A stretch of DNA of 64,000 nt from Eledone cirrhosa (taxonomy: Eukaryota), in NCBI GenBank assembly GCA_964016885.1, contig OZ024740.1:403496001-403560000 (forward strand). Reading direction: 5' to 3'. The position numbers and the translations under genes are program-made. Below, one piece after another: positions 47,366 through 62,178 of this stretch. Each line of letters opens with the position of its first letter. Position 1 is the first letter of the stretch. The notes below the pieces were generated by a model. The model searched no databases, was not told where the DNA came from, and worked only from the letters and a program-made list of their open reading frames with translations.

Positions 47366-48414
47366 CCTCCTCTTTCTTCCCGTTTGACCTGTGAGTAATT
47401 CTTTTCTCTCACATTCTCGGCCAAGCTGGTCGGAATTTTTTTTCTCTCTCGTCTACGATTTCACAGAACTTATGTTTACCGAATTCGCAGACCAGACCCC
47501 TTCTTCCTCCCGTTAGACCTGTGCGAAATTCCTTCCTTGCTCACATTTCCACCAGGTTTGATGGTCTTTATTCTCTCGTTCACGATTTCACCGAACTTAA
47601 ATTCATAGAAATCTGGGACTTGTCTCCTTCTTCCTCACTTTCTGTTGCTTCACCATTTTGTTTGTTTACCATCGCGTCCCCTTTATTTACGTGTCCCAAC
47701 GACTTTTTTTAGCCGTTGCTCCCACCAACCGGAGGTATATGGTCTTTAAAGCGATGAAATGCCTATGATAGTTGGAAGATCACTGATGAAGGACAAACTT
47801 TTTTCATATGTAACCCATTTGCAACTCCGCAGCGCCCTTATTATCATATTTACACATATTTTTTCCTCTGCTGCTACACCGTCTTTTTCGTTCTATGTAT
47901 CTTTACCCTTTCTAGCAGTCTCTCTCTGTTTGCCTCTTCCTCACCCTTCACTCACTCATTCTCTGTCACTACCTCTCCTCCTCCTCTTTCTTCCCGTTTG
48001 ACCTGTGAGTAATTCTTTTCTCTCACACTCTCGGCCAAGCTGGTCGGAATTTTCTCTCTCTCGTCTACGATTTCACAGAACTTATGTTTACCGAATTCGC
48101 AGACCAGACCCCTTCTTCCTCCCGTTAGACCTATGCGAAATTCCTTCCTTGCTCACATTTCAACCAGGTTTGATGGTCTTTATTCTCTCGTTCACGATTT
48201 CACCGAACTTAAATTCATAGAAATCTGGGACTTGTCTCCTTCTTCCTCAATTTCTGTTGCTTCACCATTTTGTTTGTTTACCCTCGCGTCCCCTTTATTT
48301 ACGTTTCCCAACGACTTTTTTTTAGCCGTTGCTCGCACCAACCGGAGGTATATGGTCTTTAAAGCGATGAAATGCCTATGATAGTTGGAAGATCACTGAT
48401 GAAGGACAAACTTT

Positions 48415-48420
<6 letters not shown>
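47363..48420. repeat. Unclassified non-coding element with ~613-bp internal tandem repeat (about 1.7 units) between (TA)n tracts
   Basis: 47391 aligns to 48005 and 47521 to 48133. The whole block recurs at 53651-54708. Confidence 0.75.
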
Positions 48421-48482
<62 letters not shown>

Positions 48483-48649
48483 TTATAAACTCAATATAGT
48501 TTTGTTATTTTTATTGATTTATTACTTTAAATCGAGACAGGCAAACCATATTATTTTAAATTACTATTTTTCAACCTAGCTAACTTGGTCATTTGCAATT
48601 CGATCACATGTATACTTGTATCGGTGTTTATCCCTCTCATATATTCATT

Positions 48650-48717
<68 letters not shown>

Positions 48718-50048
48718 TGCCCTCCTCATCAACCGCTACCCTTTATGATGACGAGTGCACTCGCATTGGAGTGGTCAAACGCCTCGGCCTCTGCGTGTGT
48801 GATCCACACAAATGCGGTTATGGGGTTGTCGTTAACAAGTTTGGACTGCATCCACCGCGATACCACCAGACCGCAGACCGGTTCCCCCGACATGCTTCTC
48901 TCAACAATAAATTGAGAAGGAGCCTGGATGCAGCTGGCTTCCCATAACAACTGGAGCTAGCAGGCCCCGACCACAGAAACGGCAAGCACTCCGACGGAAT
49001 CGCCCTCTCCCATTCGAAGGAGGTAGATCCCTCATCTGGGACTGCACATGTGACACGTTCTCCATCTCCATCATAGTCGCTGTGGTCACAAAGCCCGACA
49101 CTGCGGCCCACTATGCAGAGGACATGAAGACAAACAAATAGTGGGGATTTTCCGGCCACTTCGCACTGGTCACCGTCGAGACATCAGGCACTTTAACCCC
49201 GTGCTGCTGAGCTGCTCCGCAAGATCGGAACAACAGCAGCCCGTCTAAGGAAGGAGCCCCTCAAGGTGGGGTGGCTGTCGCAGCGTGTTATAATAATTAA
49301 ACTCATTGCTCTAACAGACATTATATGGTGCTTCAATTGAGTCCCTTATATAAAAAGATATATATTTATATTTAATTTTAAATCCAGTCTACTCTCACAT
49401 AATATATTAAAGGTTTCATTAGAAAGTTGTCTACCCAATATTATATAGTGCCATAATTGAATTTCCTATACAAAGTGTTATACATTTATATTTAATTTAA
49501 TTTTAAATACAGTCTACTCTCTCAAAATATATTAAAGGTTTTATTAGATTGTTGTCTACCCAATATTTGGTAAGCTATGGAATAACGTATAGCTGTTTGC
49601 ATGATAAATTAGATACATCTCTTCAGTAAATAAATTCATCCTTTATATACAATGTTATTAATCTATACATTTAATTATAAATGTATATATAATTCATTGT
49701 TCCATATTACATTTAAGTTAGATAAATCCCTTATGTTAATAAATTAATCCTATATATACAATGTTATTAATTTATACATTTAATTATAAATGTATATATA
49801 CTTCATTGTTGCATTTAATATTTAAAGTTTATATAAATTGTATTATATTTCAATCACTATATAATTATAAGTAATCTAAAGTAATTATATTAAAAGGTGG
49901 TGACTGTAAGAATATTTCTAGAGTATAAAGTTATAGATAAAATGATTTGTGTAGAGGAAAGTGTGGATCAAAGAGTGTGATGCAATAGGGGAAGGCAAGT
50001 CCTTGAGGTGAAGTGCTAATGGTGGTGATGAGTTCAAATCTGACATTG

Positions 50049-52506
50049 TTATATACTAGGTTTAAAGTTTTGGAAAGTGTGTCGGAAGCGGTGCTGGCAC
50101 GATGCAAATACTTCCGATTTGTTTTATTAAGGAGGTTAAGATTCGAAAAGATTATAGTATGGGTCTCTAGTAGACAGAGGTTACAAAATTTATTATGTGG
50201 TTTATACGATGCAGCCCTACCTACTACTTCCCATTGAAGTGTATATGATCTATTCCTAGTTTTCAGATAGTGTATGTAGCCAGATAGTGAAGTGGAGTTG
50301 GTTAGATTGTGTTTTTTTGTAAGAATGGAGGTGTGAGTTGTATCTTGTCTTGAAGCAGTTCGAAGTAGAGCCTATATAGGTTTTAGAAGAGTTGTTAGTG
50401 TTGACCGTGCATGAGTAAATGATGTCCTTAATTAAGCAGTTGTTACATAAAGGGCAGGTTCTATTTGATCTAGTTACATTTATTTTGGATGTTTTCTTGT
50501 CAGTTATTATGTTGTGTAGAAGTCTGGTTGCTAGGTATTGCATTAGGGCTATGATAGTTGTCGTTCCTAATGTTATTGATTTCATTAGTGTTATTACTAT
50601 TATTACTATTGTTATTAGGGGTTGTAGTTATTATGTTGTTTTGAAAGTTTACCCCCTGCTGTGTTTTAATTTGTTGAAAATAAGTATTAATTTTTCTTTT
50701 ATTACTACTAGCTATATGGTATGTTGTTAGGTGTGGTAGAGTAGGATACTTTAATGGTGTTTTTATTTATAAGACTATGGTACTTGTGGCCAGATGGGAA
50801 GTTTTTTTCCAGAATTGAGAAGAAAGCCTTAGGTAAGTTGGTAGATACGTTTAGATTGAAAGGGGGATTGAAAAATGTATTAGTTCTTCTTCTATTTTTG
50901 TTTTTTATATCTATTGAGGTATTTCTGTTAATAATATTTTGGTGTCTACTTTGGTGCGAGTTAAGTTTGATACTACCCTTCGTATTAGTGTAAGGGTGGT
51001 TATTATTCTTATTACTATTTTTCCTCATGGCCATATTGTGAGAAATAATGTTGTAACCATGTGATTTTATAGGTAGGAACTCAATCCCATTATTATGGCC
51101 TGATTTAGCTAATGCCTGATTATAGTATTGTGAATTATTGCTAAATATGGTTTCGTTATAAGATAGATTAGAGATTCTATTAGATATTCCTTTAGTGATT
51201 GAGTTTAATATGGATGGTTAGACTTGGTATCTACATAAATTAGTTTTTCGTTAGGTTTATGAAAGGGTGTATATATTTTAGAGCCTAGGTAAAGGGTAGC
51301 ATCAAGGAAGTTAACATTTTTAGTGTTTTTGTCTATGGTGATACTTAAGTTATAGTTTTTGAAAGTTTTATGTAATAGTTTCCTAGTTCTTTCTATATTA
51401 AATTTGTTATAGTCTATAAGGAGTAGTGCATCATCGCGGTATAAACCACCGTTGAGGTATGGTAGGTCCTTATGGATTTCATTTAGTAGATATAGGCCCA
51501 CCAAATCAGTGACCTGCGCCGAGTCACTAGATCCCATAGTTATGTCAAAGTTGTTATGTGTATCCTTGCGGGTCTATAACTGATCTTCAAATGTAATTAT
51601 GGTTTTACGGTCCGCAAGTATGACATCAACCTGGGATTTAGTCAGGTCACTATTGTTCATGGCCATAATGAGTGTCTTATTTAATAGGATAGGATAGGGG
51701 AAATAGAGGTGTAGTATGAATTGATATCAAACTGAATAAATTTTTTATTTTTGTTCTCTTTAATATCCTTAAACCATTCAATAACTTCACCTGTATTTTC
51801 CCACTGTTTAAGGTATATTTTGTGCTTAATCTGTGGGATGATTTTATCTAAAAGTTTCCTACTGATAATGCCAATGGCAGATTTGGAAGGGCAGATTAGT
51901 CTTATCGAAAGGTTACTAATGAAATCTTTCTTATGGTCCTTCAGAGAGAATCTTGGGGGGTTTAGGGGTGTATGGCTGTGTATGCCTCTGAAGTCCCAAT
52001 TTGGACACTATACTACGGCCTTCCAAATTAATATCTTCTAGGTTTTTAATAGTAATTTTCTTATAGCTCCTGTGTAGTTCTTTATATATAAATTTTCTAT
52101 AAATATCATAATCTAGGCCATATATATTATTAGTTTTATCTGCATGTACAATAATTTTATTATTTGTATTGAATCCTTTAATAGAGGAGTTAAGTTTGTT
52201 TAAGAAGGTGTCGTTTCTATTACGATGCTTTTTGTATTTAATGTTCTTAACTAGTTTTATTGGGTCATTTTCAAAAGAGTTTAATAGTGTGTTGTGAGGA
52301 GGGCTTTTAAAAGTTTTAAAGCCGAAGGAGTCAACTTTGTTAGTATCATCGGTTTTGTTAGATTTACTTTTATCATAATGGAATGTCCTCCATCTCACTC
52401 TATTGATAAAGGAGTTGATACTATTGATCAATAATTATTCTTATGTATCTTTAGATGATATTAGTATGTTCTTAGTAGACATAAGAAGGTAGTCTTTGAT
52501 CAGCAT
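50049..52506 (-). pseudogene. PLE polyprotein (RT + C-terminal GIY-YIG endonuclease), frameshifted
   Basis: Fragments in order: NSFINRVRW, HADKTNNIY, RLICPSKSAIG, FIQFDI, TMGSSDSAQVTDLVGLYLL, GLYRDD, NFLDATL, YVDTKSNHP, FFNPPF...IKVSYS, CPLCNNC..IIYSCTV...YIGST..FKTRYNSH, CNLCLLE. Multiple stops and frameshifts. Confidence 0.9.
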
Positions 52507-53590
52507 ACTGGTAATTTAATGTATGTTAGCTCAACAGTATGGAGCAGTTAATAATATTAGAGATACTATTTATAGTTTTGTATATACTATACTATAAACA
52601 ACTACAAACAGGGAAGGTCAGTAATTTATTACTACCTTATTACCAGTAAGATAAATAGCTAAATGTAAGAACATCAGTTGTTTTACAGAGCAGTAATATT
52701 GAATACACAAGAATCAAAGTTATGTTTAAAACATTTAATCGCTGACAATTGTTTCTTCCAAACCTAGGCTTGGAGTCTTCGGAGCATTATCAATGTTTGT
52801 ACATATAATTAATCTCCTATTCAACTGAAGAATCATACAGATACATATATATTGATGTTGTGGACAACTGTTTCATGTTTACAGTGTGGAATGGATGCGA
52901 CATATATTATATTATACTATAATTGTACAATAATTCAAATTAAGATTAAAATCAAAATTAAATTTAAAATTAAAAGCATAGGGTGGAATACATGCGACAG
53001 ATAATACAAGAGAATAGTCTAATAATTAAATTAAAGAGATAGTACATGCGTTAGTCATATATAAAGGAATGGAACAAGCAAATGTATCATGCATATATGA
53101 GTACTGTATGGCAAGGTATTACATGAAATACAAGCACTTTAAGCGAATATGTTAGTGTATTATGGTGGTTGCAATGCGAAGATATTTTCTGTATAGTTCA
53201 AATTTGTATGTGTGTAGAAAAAGAAAGTTATAGATTTCACATCCATTACATAAGTTACGATATATTTGTATTGAATTTTTGTTATAGTAATGGATTGTAA
53301 TGTATTGTAACTTACTGTTATTTAATCCATATTTATAGATTAGAGTTGCTTAGCTGCGAGAATTTTCAACGGTTTAATATCCGGAAGTGGGTATGGAATT
53401 AAGGGGAGCTAATGCGTAAGGGGAGGTAACTAGCTCATTATAATAATTAAACTCATTGCTCTAACAGACATTATATGGTGCCTCAATTGAGTCCCTTATA
53501 TAAAATGCTCCGAAGACTCAGAGCCTAGGTTTGGAAGAAACAATGGTCAGAAATTAAATGTTTTAAACATAACTTTGATTCTTGTGTATT

Positions 53591-53653
<63 letters not shown>

Positions 53654-54702
53654 CCTCCTCTTTCTTCCCGTTTGACCTGTGAGTAATTCTTTTCTCTCAC
53701 ATTCTCGGCCAAGCTGGTCGGAATTTTTTTTCTCTCTCGTCTACGATTTCACAGAACTTATGTTTACCGAATTCGCAGACCAGACCCCTTCTTCCTCCCG
53801 TTAGACCTGTGCGAAATTCCTTCCTTGCTCACATTTCCACCAGGTTTGATGGTCTTTATTCTCTCGTTCACGATTTCACCGAACTTAAATTCATAGAAAT
53901 CTGGGACTTGTCTCCTTCTTCCTCACTTTCTGTTGCTTCACCATTTTGTTTGTTTACCATCGCGTCCCCTTTATTTACGTGTCCCAACGACTTTTTTTAG
54001 CCGTTGCTCCCACCAACCGGAGGTATATGGTCTTTAAAGCGATGAAATGCCTATGATAGTTGGAAGATCACTGATGAAGGACAAACTTTTTTCATATGTA
54101 ACCCATTTGCAACTCCGCAGCGCCCTTATTATCATATTTACACATATTTTTTCCTCTGCTGCTACACCGTCTTTTTCGTTCTATGTATCTTTACCCTTTC
54201 TAGCAGTCTCTCTCTGTTTGCCTCTTCCTCACCCTTCACTCACTCATTCTCTGTCACTACCTCTCCTCCTCCTCTTTCTTCCCGTTTGACCTGTGAGTAA
54301 TTCTTTTCTCTCACACTCTCAGCCAAGCTGGTCGGAATTTTCTCTCTCTCGTCTACGATTTCACAGAACTTATGTTTACCGAATTCGCAGACCAGACCCC
54401 TTCTTCCTCCCGTTAGACCTATGCGAAATTCCTTCCTTGCTCACATTTCAACCAGGTTTGATGGTCTTTATTCTCTCGTTCACGATTTCACCGAACTTAA
54501 ATTCATAGAAATCTGGGACTTGTCTCCTTCTTCCTCAATTTCTGTTGCTTCACCATTTTGTTTGTTTACCCTCGCGTCCCCTTTATTTACGTGTCCCAAC
54601 GACTTTTTTTTAGCCGTTGCTCGCACCAACCGGAGGTATATGGTCTTTAAAGCGATGAAATGCCTATGATAGTTGGAAGATCACTGATGAAGGACAAACT
54701 TT

Positions 54703-54822
<120 letters not shown>

Positions 54823-54989
54823 TTATAAACTCAATATAGTTTTGTTATTTTTATTGATTTATTACTTTAAATCGAGACAGGCAAACCATATTATTTTAAA
54901 TTACTATTTTTCAACCTAGCTAACTTGGTCATTTGCAATTCGATCACATGTATACTTGTATCGGTGTTTATCCCTCTCATATATTCATT

Positions 54990-55027
<38 letters not shown>

Positions 55028-55031
<4 letters not shown>

Positions 55032-55660
55032 TGCCCTCCTCATCAACCGCTACCCTTTATGATGACGAGTGCACTCGCATTGGAGTGGTCAAACGCCTCG
55101 GCCTCTGCGTGTGTGATCCACACAAATGCGGTTATGGGGTTGTCGTTAACAAGTTTGGACTGCATCCACCGCGATACCACCAGACTGCAGACCGGTTCCC
55201 CCGACATGCTTCTCTCAACGATAAATTGAGAAGGAGCCTGGATGCAGCTGGCTTCCCATAACAACTGGAGCTAGCAGGCCCCGACCACAGAAACGGCAAG
55301 CACTCCGACGGAATCGCCCTCTCCCATTCGAAGGAGGTAGATCCCTCATCTGGGACTGCACATGTGACACGTTCTCCATCTCCATCATAGTCGCTGTGGT
55401 CACAAAGCCCGACACTGCGGCCCACTATGCAGAGGACATGAAGACAAACAAATAGTGGGGATTGTCCGGCCACTTCGCACTGGTCACCGTCGAGACATCA
55501 GGCACTTTAACCCCGTGCTGCTGAGCTGCTCCGCAAGATCGGAACAACAGCAGCCCGTCTAAGGAAGGAGCCCCTCAAGGTGGGGTGGCTGTCGCAGCGT
55601 GTGTCGCAAGCCATTGTCTGTGGAAATGGCTTTGCAGTTTTGTGCGTGGAGCACAACCCA
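55028..55660 (+). mobile_element. CRE-like non-LTR retrotransposon 3' fragment (Zn knuckle + restriction-like endonuclease)
   Basis: RLGLCVCDPHKC...GLH...RHASLN..LRRSLDAAGFP, then (with frameshifts) DG..PFEGGRSLIWDCTCDTFS...AE.MK.NK, VETSG and LSQRVSQAIVCGN, the PD-(D/E)xK RLE pattern of early-branching LINEs. Truncated duplicate at 48714-49288. Confidence 0.7.
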
Positions 55661-56078
55661 AACACCGCCACGTCCTAAGCTCAGAGCCCATCTCCCTCTC
55701 CCCTTCATCGTCCTTTTCTTCTGATACCCTAGAGTATTACTGCCACATACATTTAAGCTCATATACACACGTACATTGATATAGATATACATCCACTTAG
55801 TATATATATATTACATACGTCAAAAAATGGTCTTTAATTTCAAAAGTGTTTTATGTAATGAGGCAGAGATTTATTTATGTTCAACACAGCAGGCAGAAAC
55901 AAAAGAAATGAATTTATCAGAACCAGATAGTTAAAAGAGGCCGATATGTTGTTTATGAATCAATACAGCTGTTTCTTTGCTTCACCATATACTCTTACAG
56001 ATTGTTCCATAAATATAAGCGAAAGTGAAAAAGCAAAAAGGGACAGAAAGGGAGAAGAGATAAAGAATGCATACACAC

Positions 56079-56131
<53 letters not shown>

Positions 56132-56233
56132 AGTAAGTGTGTGTGTGGAAAAGAGAGAAAAGGGAAGCGAAATAAAAAAGGAGAAAGAATGCGAATAAAT
56201 GTGTGTGCGAATGTGAGACAAGGAGAAAATACG

Positions 56234-56275
<42 letters not shown>

Positions 56276-56471
56276 TGTGTGTGGGAGGTGTAGAGAGAAA
56301 GAGTGTTTGTGAGAAAGAGAAAGAGAAAGATAGCCCAGAGTTCTTGCTTTTAACCACTTGATATGAAATAGTGGCGAAGGAGGAAAAGATAAGTTATAAG
56401 GTCAAAAGGTAGTATCAAAAAGGTATTGTAAACAAGTAGAGCCTCATATATATGAACTTTTATAACTTACG

Positions 56472-56589
<118 letters not shown>

Positions 56590-56815
56590 CAAATAACGAA
56601 ACGAAATTAAATTTCGTTTCGCTTCTAACTCACTTTTGTATGACTGACGCTTAAACAATTAAGTTAAAGTGTACATCTACATATGTATACGGAAGTATTA
56701 GTATGCATATAAATCACGTTCTATGCAAATTAGTCTACCCACTACTAATTTTCATAGAAAAAGCATATAACGATATGTGCTTTTACAATTCTCCAGAGAA
56801 GCCGGAAGATGGGTA

Positions 56816-56860
56816 AATATTGCTGATGAGATGTAACAACATCGAAACTAGTCCAATATT
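56816..56860 (+). ncRNA. Minimal type I hammerhead ribozyme, copy 1
   Basis: AATATTG-CTGATGA-GATGT aaca ACATC-GAAA-CTAG-TC-CAATATT. Perfect core, 7-bp stem I, 5-bp stem II, palindromic stem III. GUC cleavage predicted after 56853. Confidence 0.92.
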
Positions 56861-57284
56861 CCTGTCTGGCCCTCTGGAGAATAGAGGAAATGTGTTTCCT
56901 TGAAAACTCGTATGACTCTAAAACCCGGTCCGCCTGTGTGGTTACATACAGACTAGCTGACACTCACTGTAAAGTGTCTAGTGAAAAGCTGAGTACATGT
57001 ACATATGTATACATGTGTGTATTTATATGCATACTAATACTTCCGTATACATATGTAGATGTACACTTTAACTTAATTGTTTAAGCGTCAGTCATACAAA
57101 AGTGAGTTAGAAGCGAAACGAAATTTAATTTCGTTTCGTTATTTGTTTTTATCGTTTCCGCTGAACCGGTGCGTACAATGACTCACGTTCTATGCAAATT
57201 AGTCTACCCACTACTAATTTTCATAGAAAAAGCATATAACGATATGTGCTTTTGCAATTCTCCAGAGAAGCCGGAAGATGGGTA

Positions 57285-57329
57285 AATATTGCTGATGAGA
57301 TGTAACAACATCGAAACTAGTCCAATATT
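57285..57329 (+). ncRNA. Minimal type I hammerhead ribozyme, copy 2
   Basis: Identical to 56816-56860. Cleavage predicted after 57322. Confidence 0.92.
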
Positions 57330-57541
57330 CCTGTCTGGCCCTCTGGAGAATAGAGGAAATGTGTTTCCTTGAAAACTCGTATGACTTTAAAACCCGGTCC
57401 GCCTGTGTGGTTACATACAGACTAGCTGACACTCACTGTAAAGTGTCTAGTGAAAAGCTGAGTACATGTACATATGTATACATGTGTGTATTTATATGCA
57501 TACTAATACTTCCGTATACATATGTAGATGTACACTTTAAC

Positions 57542-57594
<53 letters not shown>

Positions 57595-57970
57595 TAATTC
57601 AGCGAGAATCGTATTTCGGCCGGTAGAAAAAGCGAAACGAAACGCAAAATCGTAGAAATGCTGGCAATAGAATTATTAACAGGTTAATTGTAAGACTCGG
57701 GAGATTAATACAAATATAATTCAGTGAGAATCGTGTTTCGGCCGGTAGTAAAAGGGAAACGAAACGCAAAATCGTAGAAATGCTGACAAGCGCTCAATAG
57801 TTAAGAAACCTAGAGCTAAACAATATGTTAAACTACCATACAAACTGAAAAAGTGGTTAAGAAGGCATTAACCACCTAAGCCAAAAAACAAATCAAGCTA
57901 AACAGGTTAAACAAAATAAATGATAAAAACAGACCTGGACCCAAATGGAATTTGTGGTTATATATATATA

Positions 57971-58183
57971 AGGCATGTGGCTGAGTGGTTAGAGAATTGG
58001 ATTCGCAATCGTAAGGTTGTGAGTTCGATTCCTGGACCAGGCGATGCGTTATGTCCTTGAGCAAGACACTTTATTTCATGTTGCTCCTTCTACCTGGAGT
58101 TGCGACCGATAGATAGTATTAGCAATTGGAAAGACCAACGGAAACATTGCTCCCTCGGTCCGATTTGACGAAAGTCGATCGTT
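57971..58183 (+). mobile_element. tRNA-derived SINE family 2
   Basis: Near-identical to 34677-34888 and flanked by (TA)n. Confidence 0.8.
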
Positions 58184-58184
58184 C

Positions 58185-58254
<70 letters not shown>

Positions 58255-59002
58255 CATTAACAGAGAAAGCTTTAAGCGATACTCTAACCAACTCCATCTC
58301 ACTCAACAAACATTAGGATATACCTAAGTATAATCCCAATTAAGTGTTTGAGGTGCTAACTATACAGTATTTCGTGGAAAGTTGGTTGTATTATTTTATA
58401 TGAGACATAATTAAATAAATCTCTCTTTCTTTCCATACGATCGTTTCGTTATAAGATTTCTACAACGTGGGAAAAATAATGTCCAAGTTATGTAGAAACT
58501 TGTATATAATCCTAGATATACATACAAGTGGGCCCTTATAACTCATCAGTGGATGTCCATGCAATATCAATATAAAAACACTACATCGATATTAATAATC
58601 AGTGCTGGTCTCCGTCAGTGCTAGGGCTGCTAAGTTTGAAAGCCCAGTAGTCCTTCAAAAAGAAATTTCACACTGTCCCCAAAAGGGAAAGGGGAGGTCA
58701 TCGTAAAATATAAAATAATATACACGCTGGTCATTGAAGCCTGTTAGGTATTTTAACCACGTGTTTAAGAACTCAATTGGATATTAAAAAAAATATATAT
58801 GTATGTACCATCTATACAGACATAGAGATATTAAAAAAATAATAAATATATGTACGCACCACCTATACATACATATAGGTATTTTCTCAGGCAAAATAAA
58901 CAGACATGAGATACAGGAAAATGCAATCAATATTTCATATAAAGAATAAATAAAGACAGTCATACCTAAATATCTGGAATTTTCATATCTGGCCATCCAA
59001 GA

Positions 59003-59038
<36 letters not shown>

Positions 59039-59994
59039 AGGAGTTGACAGACCCAGCATATTTATCAATGCCAGGACCGGTTGTATCTCAGCGTACTCAA
59101 TAGGCCATGTAAGATACATTCCCTGAGTATACACATAGTTATTCGCTTCAATACAACACACGTAAAACGGGTGCCTATAATAGTTCCCGGACTCGTGTTT
59201 CGGCCACACTTAATGCAGCAGTAAGGTGCACTGCACCCTCCATCTGCATATATTATGCAACAATGCATAATCGGCGTATGCGGCTTCATCAGAGGGTATC
59301 GCCTAATCAATAACCAATCGATCGAAAGAGTCCAAACCGCAGCCCATGCCGGCCATGACCTGTTTGTGACAACCGACAGGGTAAGGCGATTAGCAACTGG
59401 AATCCGATACAACTCTGTCCCTCGACTAGCCACCGATTTACAAACTTTACGTAGTGGCGGGAGAATAGAAAACAAATCTTTTCGTTCCCGTCAAAAGCAT
59501 TCAGCCAACGTGTCTCACACACAAATTAATAAGAGGTGAAAAGATGGTTATTATATATATATATATATATATACATATATAAAAACACAAATTTCCATTT
59601 TATATATAGAGAAAATTGCAAACTTGACTGTCACCACTGAATATGAACTTAAAAATTGCGAAAGCATGAAAGTACTTATCATTATAATTTTTTTTTTTTT
59701 TTTTTTTTTTTTACAGGGTGGATTGGCAGTATCGGTAGAGGGTCGGACGCCATGCTTTCCAGCATAGTTACGTCCCTTTACGATCTGAGTTCAAATCCCA
59801 CCGAGGTTGACTTTGCCTTTCATCCTTATGGGGTCCATCAAATAAAGTACCAGTAATGCACTGGGTAATTGCTGGCCTTGTGCCTAAAGTAGAAACAATT
59901 ATAATTTTAAAGGATTGTAAATAAAACGAGTAAATCAGACAAAGTTGGAATTCCTTTTATTAATATAATCTTCTATACACAATCATACACACCC

Positions 59995-60041
<47 letters not shown>

Positions 60042-61567
60042 GTAAATTTGTTTTTTTTTCGAATATTAATAATATTTGATTCGTTTGCAATTATGCAAAC
60101 AGCCTCTTAAGCCATGTGAGTAAAAAAACCTCGTCATTCTTGCTCTCGTGTAGGCAACACGAGAGCAAGAATGACTCAGATTTGCATTTCTTGTATTTGC
60201 TATGTAGAGCGATAAAACCATTTGTTATACATATGCACATACATACTTTCACAGACATATAAATTCACATAGACATTCATACATACTTACATTTATTCAT
60301 GCATACATGATGATGTTTGCTTCTACCTGATAAAGAACATCACTGACTATTTAAAAAATCCTGTTTTCGACAACGGCTCTTTAAGCTCGTCAGATACATA
60401 TCTTTTGGCAGACTTTACAAATTAAGCAGCTTATGCGCAGCTTTCCGAAAATTGAATAATTTCGCGAAGCTCCCTTAAGAGAAATGCATGCTTTAAAGAA
60501 ATAATTGTTTCTACTTTTGGTACAAGGCCAGCAATTATCCCAGTGCATTACTGTTGCTTTATTTTATCAACCCCGGCGGGATTTGAACTCAGACCATAAA
60601 GGGCCGTAACTCTTTGCTGCAAAGCATGGCGTCAGACCCTCTACCGATAATGTCGGCAACTAACATTTACCAATTTCCTCCATTGGTGGTGAACAAAAGC
60701 AATTTCCCTTGTGTTTATCTCACTTATTTCGAATAATTTCAAAGATCACTTTACATAGTCCTTAAACATGAGCCATAGTTTGTGTTGAGTAGTACACTTT
60801 CCGCATTCAAGCTCACCATACCGCATATACTTTGGGATCTCATGATTATTATACAAGACAACCAAGATAACAGGTCCAAAGAAAAGGGCGCTTATTTATA
60901 AATGCTGACTTTGGCTGTCCTCAAAATCTGTGTGTTTAAGAGAACCAGCTAACATTCAAAATATATCTTAAATATATCTGTGATAAAAGCTCAAGAACTT
61001 TTCATGATGCTTGTAGAAAACCGATGTTTCACATCCTCTGAAGAGAAGAGAACCCTAGAATTGAGAGATCATAGATCCGATACTATGAGCATGTGGTTAG
61101 AATGTCTCAGGAGAGAATCGCTGAACAGATTTTACGGGGAAAACCAACCGGTAGGAGACCCAGTGGTTGATCTCGAGCAAGATAGTTGGATAACATCCAT
61201 GAACTTGGCTGGTCACGCTTGGCGATCCAACCGGATCAGTTGGTGATAGTTGCTTCTGACAGGACCCGCTGGAAGGAGTGTTATAAACTCTAAAACACTG
61301 CCAAAGATCGTACTCTACGATTTTGAAGCTATGGTGATGAGTCATATATAGTGTGCTTAGTAAGATGGAGATTCTACCGATGATTGCATGTTTTATCTTA
61401 TGGTCCCTGCCATTTCTATTTTCACTCGTGAAACAACAGTTTAGAATACTGAAATCTCGGAAGTTTACCATTCTTAAGTACTTGCTATCCGATTTGAAAA
61501 TAATTGAAATTTTACCATCTATGTAAGTTCTTTGACTTGCTATCCGATTTTTCTTTGGGAATGCATC

Positions 61568-61735
<168 letters not shown>

Positions 61736-61885
61736 AATTTTGAGTATATGTTGGTTGTATACCAATACCTCAGTATGCAGATTGGAGTACTCGACGAAGT
61801 GCGCAGGTTGGTTTGGTTACTCCGGAGTAATGTAAAATAAAATAAAATAAATAAGTCAAATTTTTAAAATTTAGCTTCGTTTATT

Positions 61886-61944
61886 ACTGCTATATATATA
61901 TATTTCGGTGACAGCCATCATTGGCTGTGACCTCTTCAGGCAGT
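61886..61944 (-). ncRNA. Type I hammerhead ribozyme (left arm)
   Basis: ACTGC-CTGAAGA-GGTCACAGCCA atga TGGCTGTCACC-GAAA-TATATATATA-TA-GCAGT, then AATAAA. Confidence 0.82.
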
Positions 61945-62178
61945 CCGAATTAGTGTGGTATAGACAAGTACATATGTTGTTGAGGTGTATAACTTTGTCA
62001 ATACTCTGATATGCCTAGTTCCTGGTTGGGTTGTTATTTCACTGAGGAACTGGAATCATATCATATGATTCTAGTTCCTCAGTGAAATAACAACCCAACC
62101 AGGAACTGGGCATATCAGAGTATTGACAAAGTTATACACCTCAACAACATATGTACTTGTCTATACCACACTATTCGG

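Larger units (their letters stand above)
46285..53592 (-). mobile_element. Full-length but disrupted Penelope-like retroelement (family B) with two ~940-bp pseudo-LTRs and inverted partial pLTRs
   Basis: Direct repeats start at 46285 and 52561 (offset 6276). Inverted partial copies at 47228-47320 and 53504-53592. RT plus GIY-YIG pseudogene at 50049-52506. Confidence 0.88.

Noticed and set aside
47778-47810. CTGATGA-AGGACAAACTT at the end of the 613-bp tandem unit (also 48396, 54071, 54683)
   Set aside because: No downstream GAAA, stem III or NUH; incomplete, so not called an HHR.
59643-59682. Copy of the 39555 hammerhead
   Set aside because: Core decayed to CTTAAAAA and the stem I 3' strand is lost.
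60340-60400. Minus-strand CTGACGA...GAAA
   Set aside because: Stem II does not close against GAAA and stems I/III do not pair.
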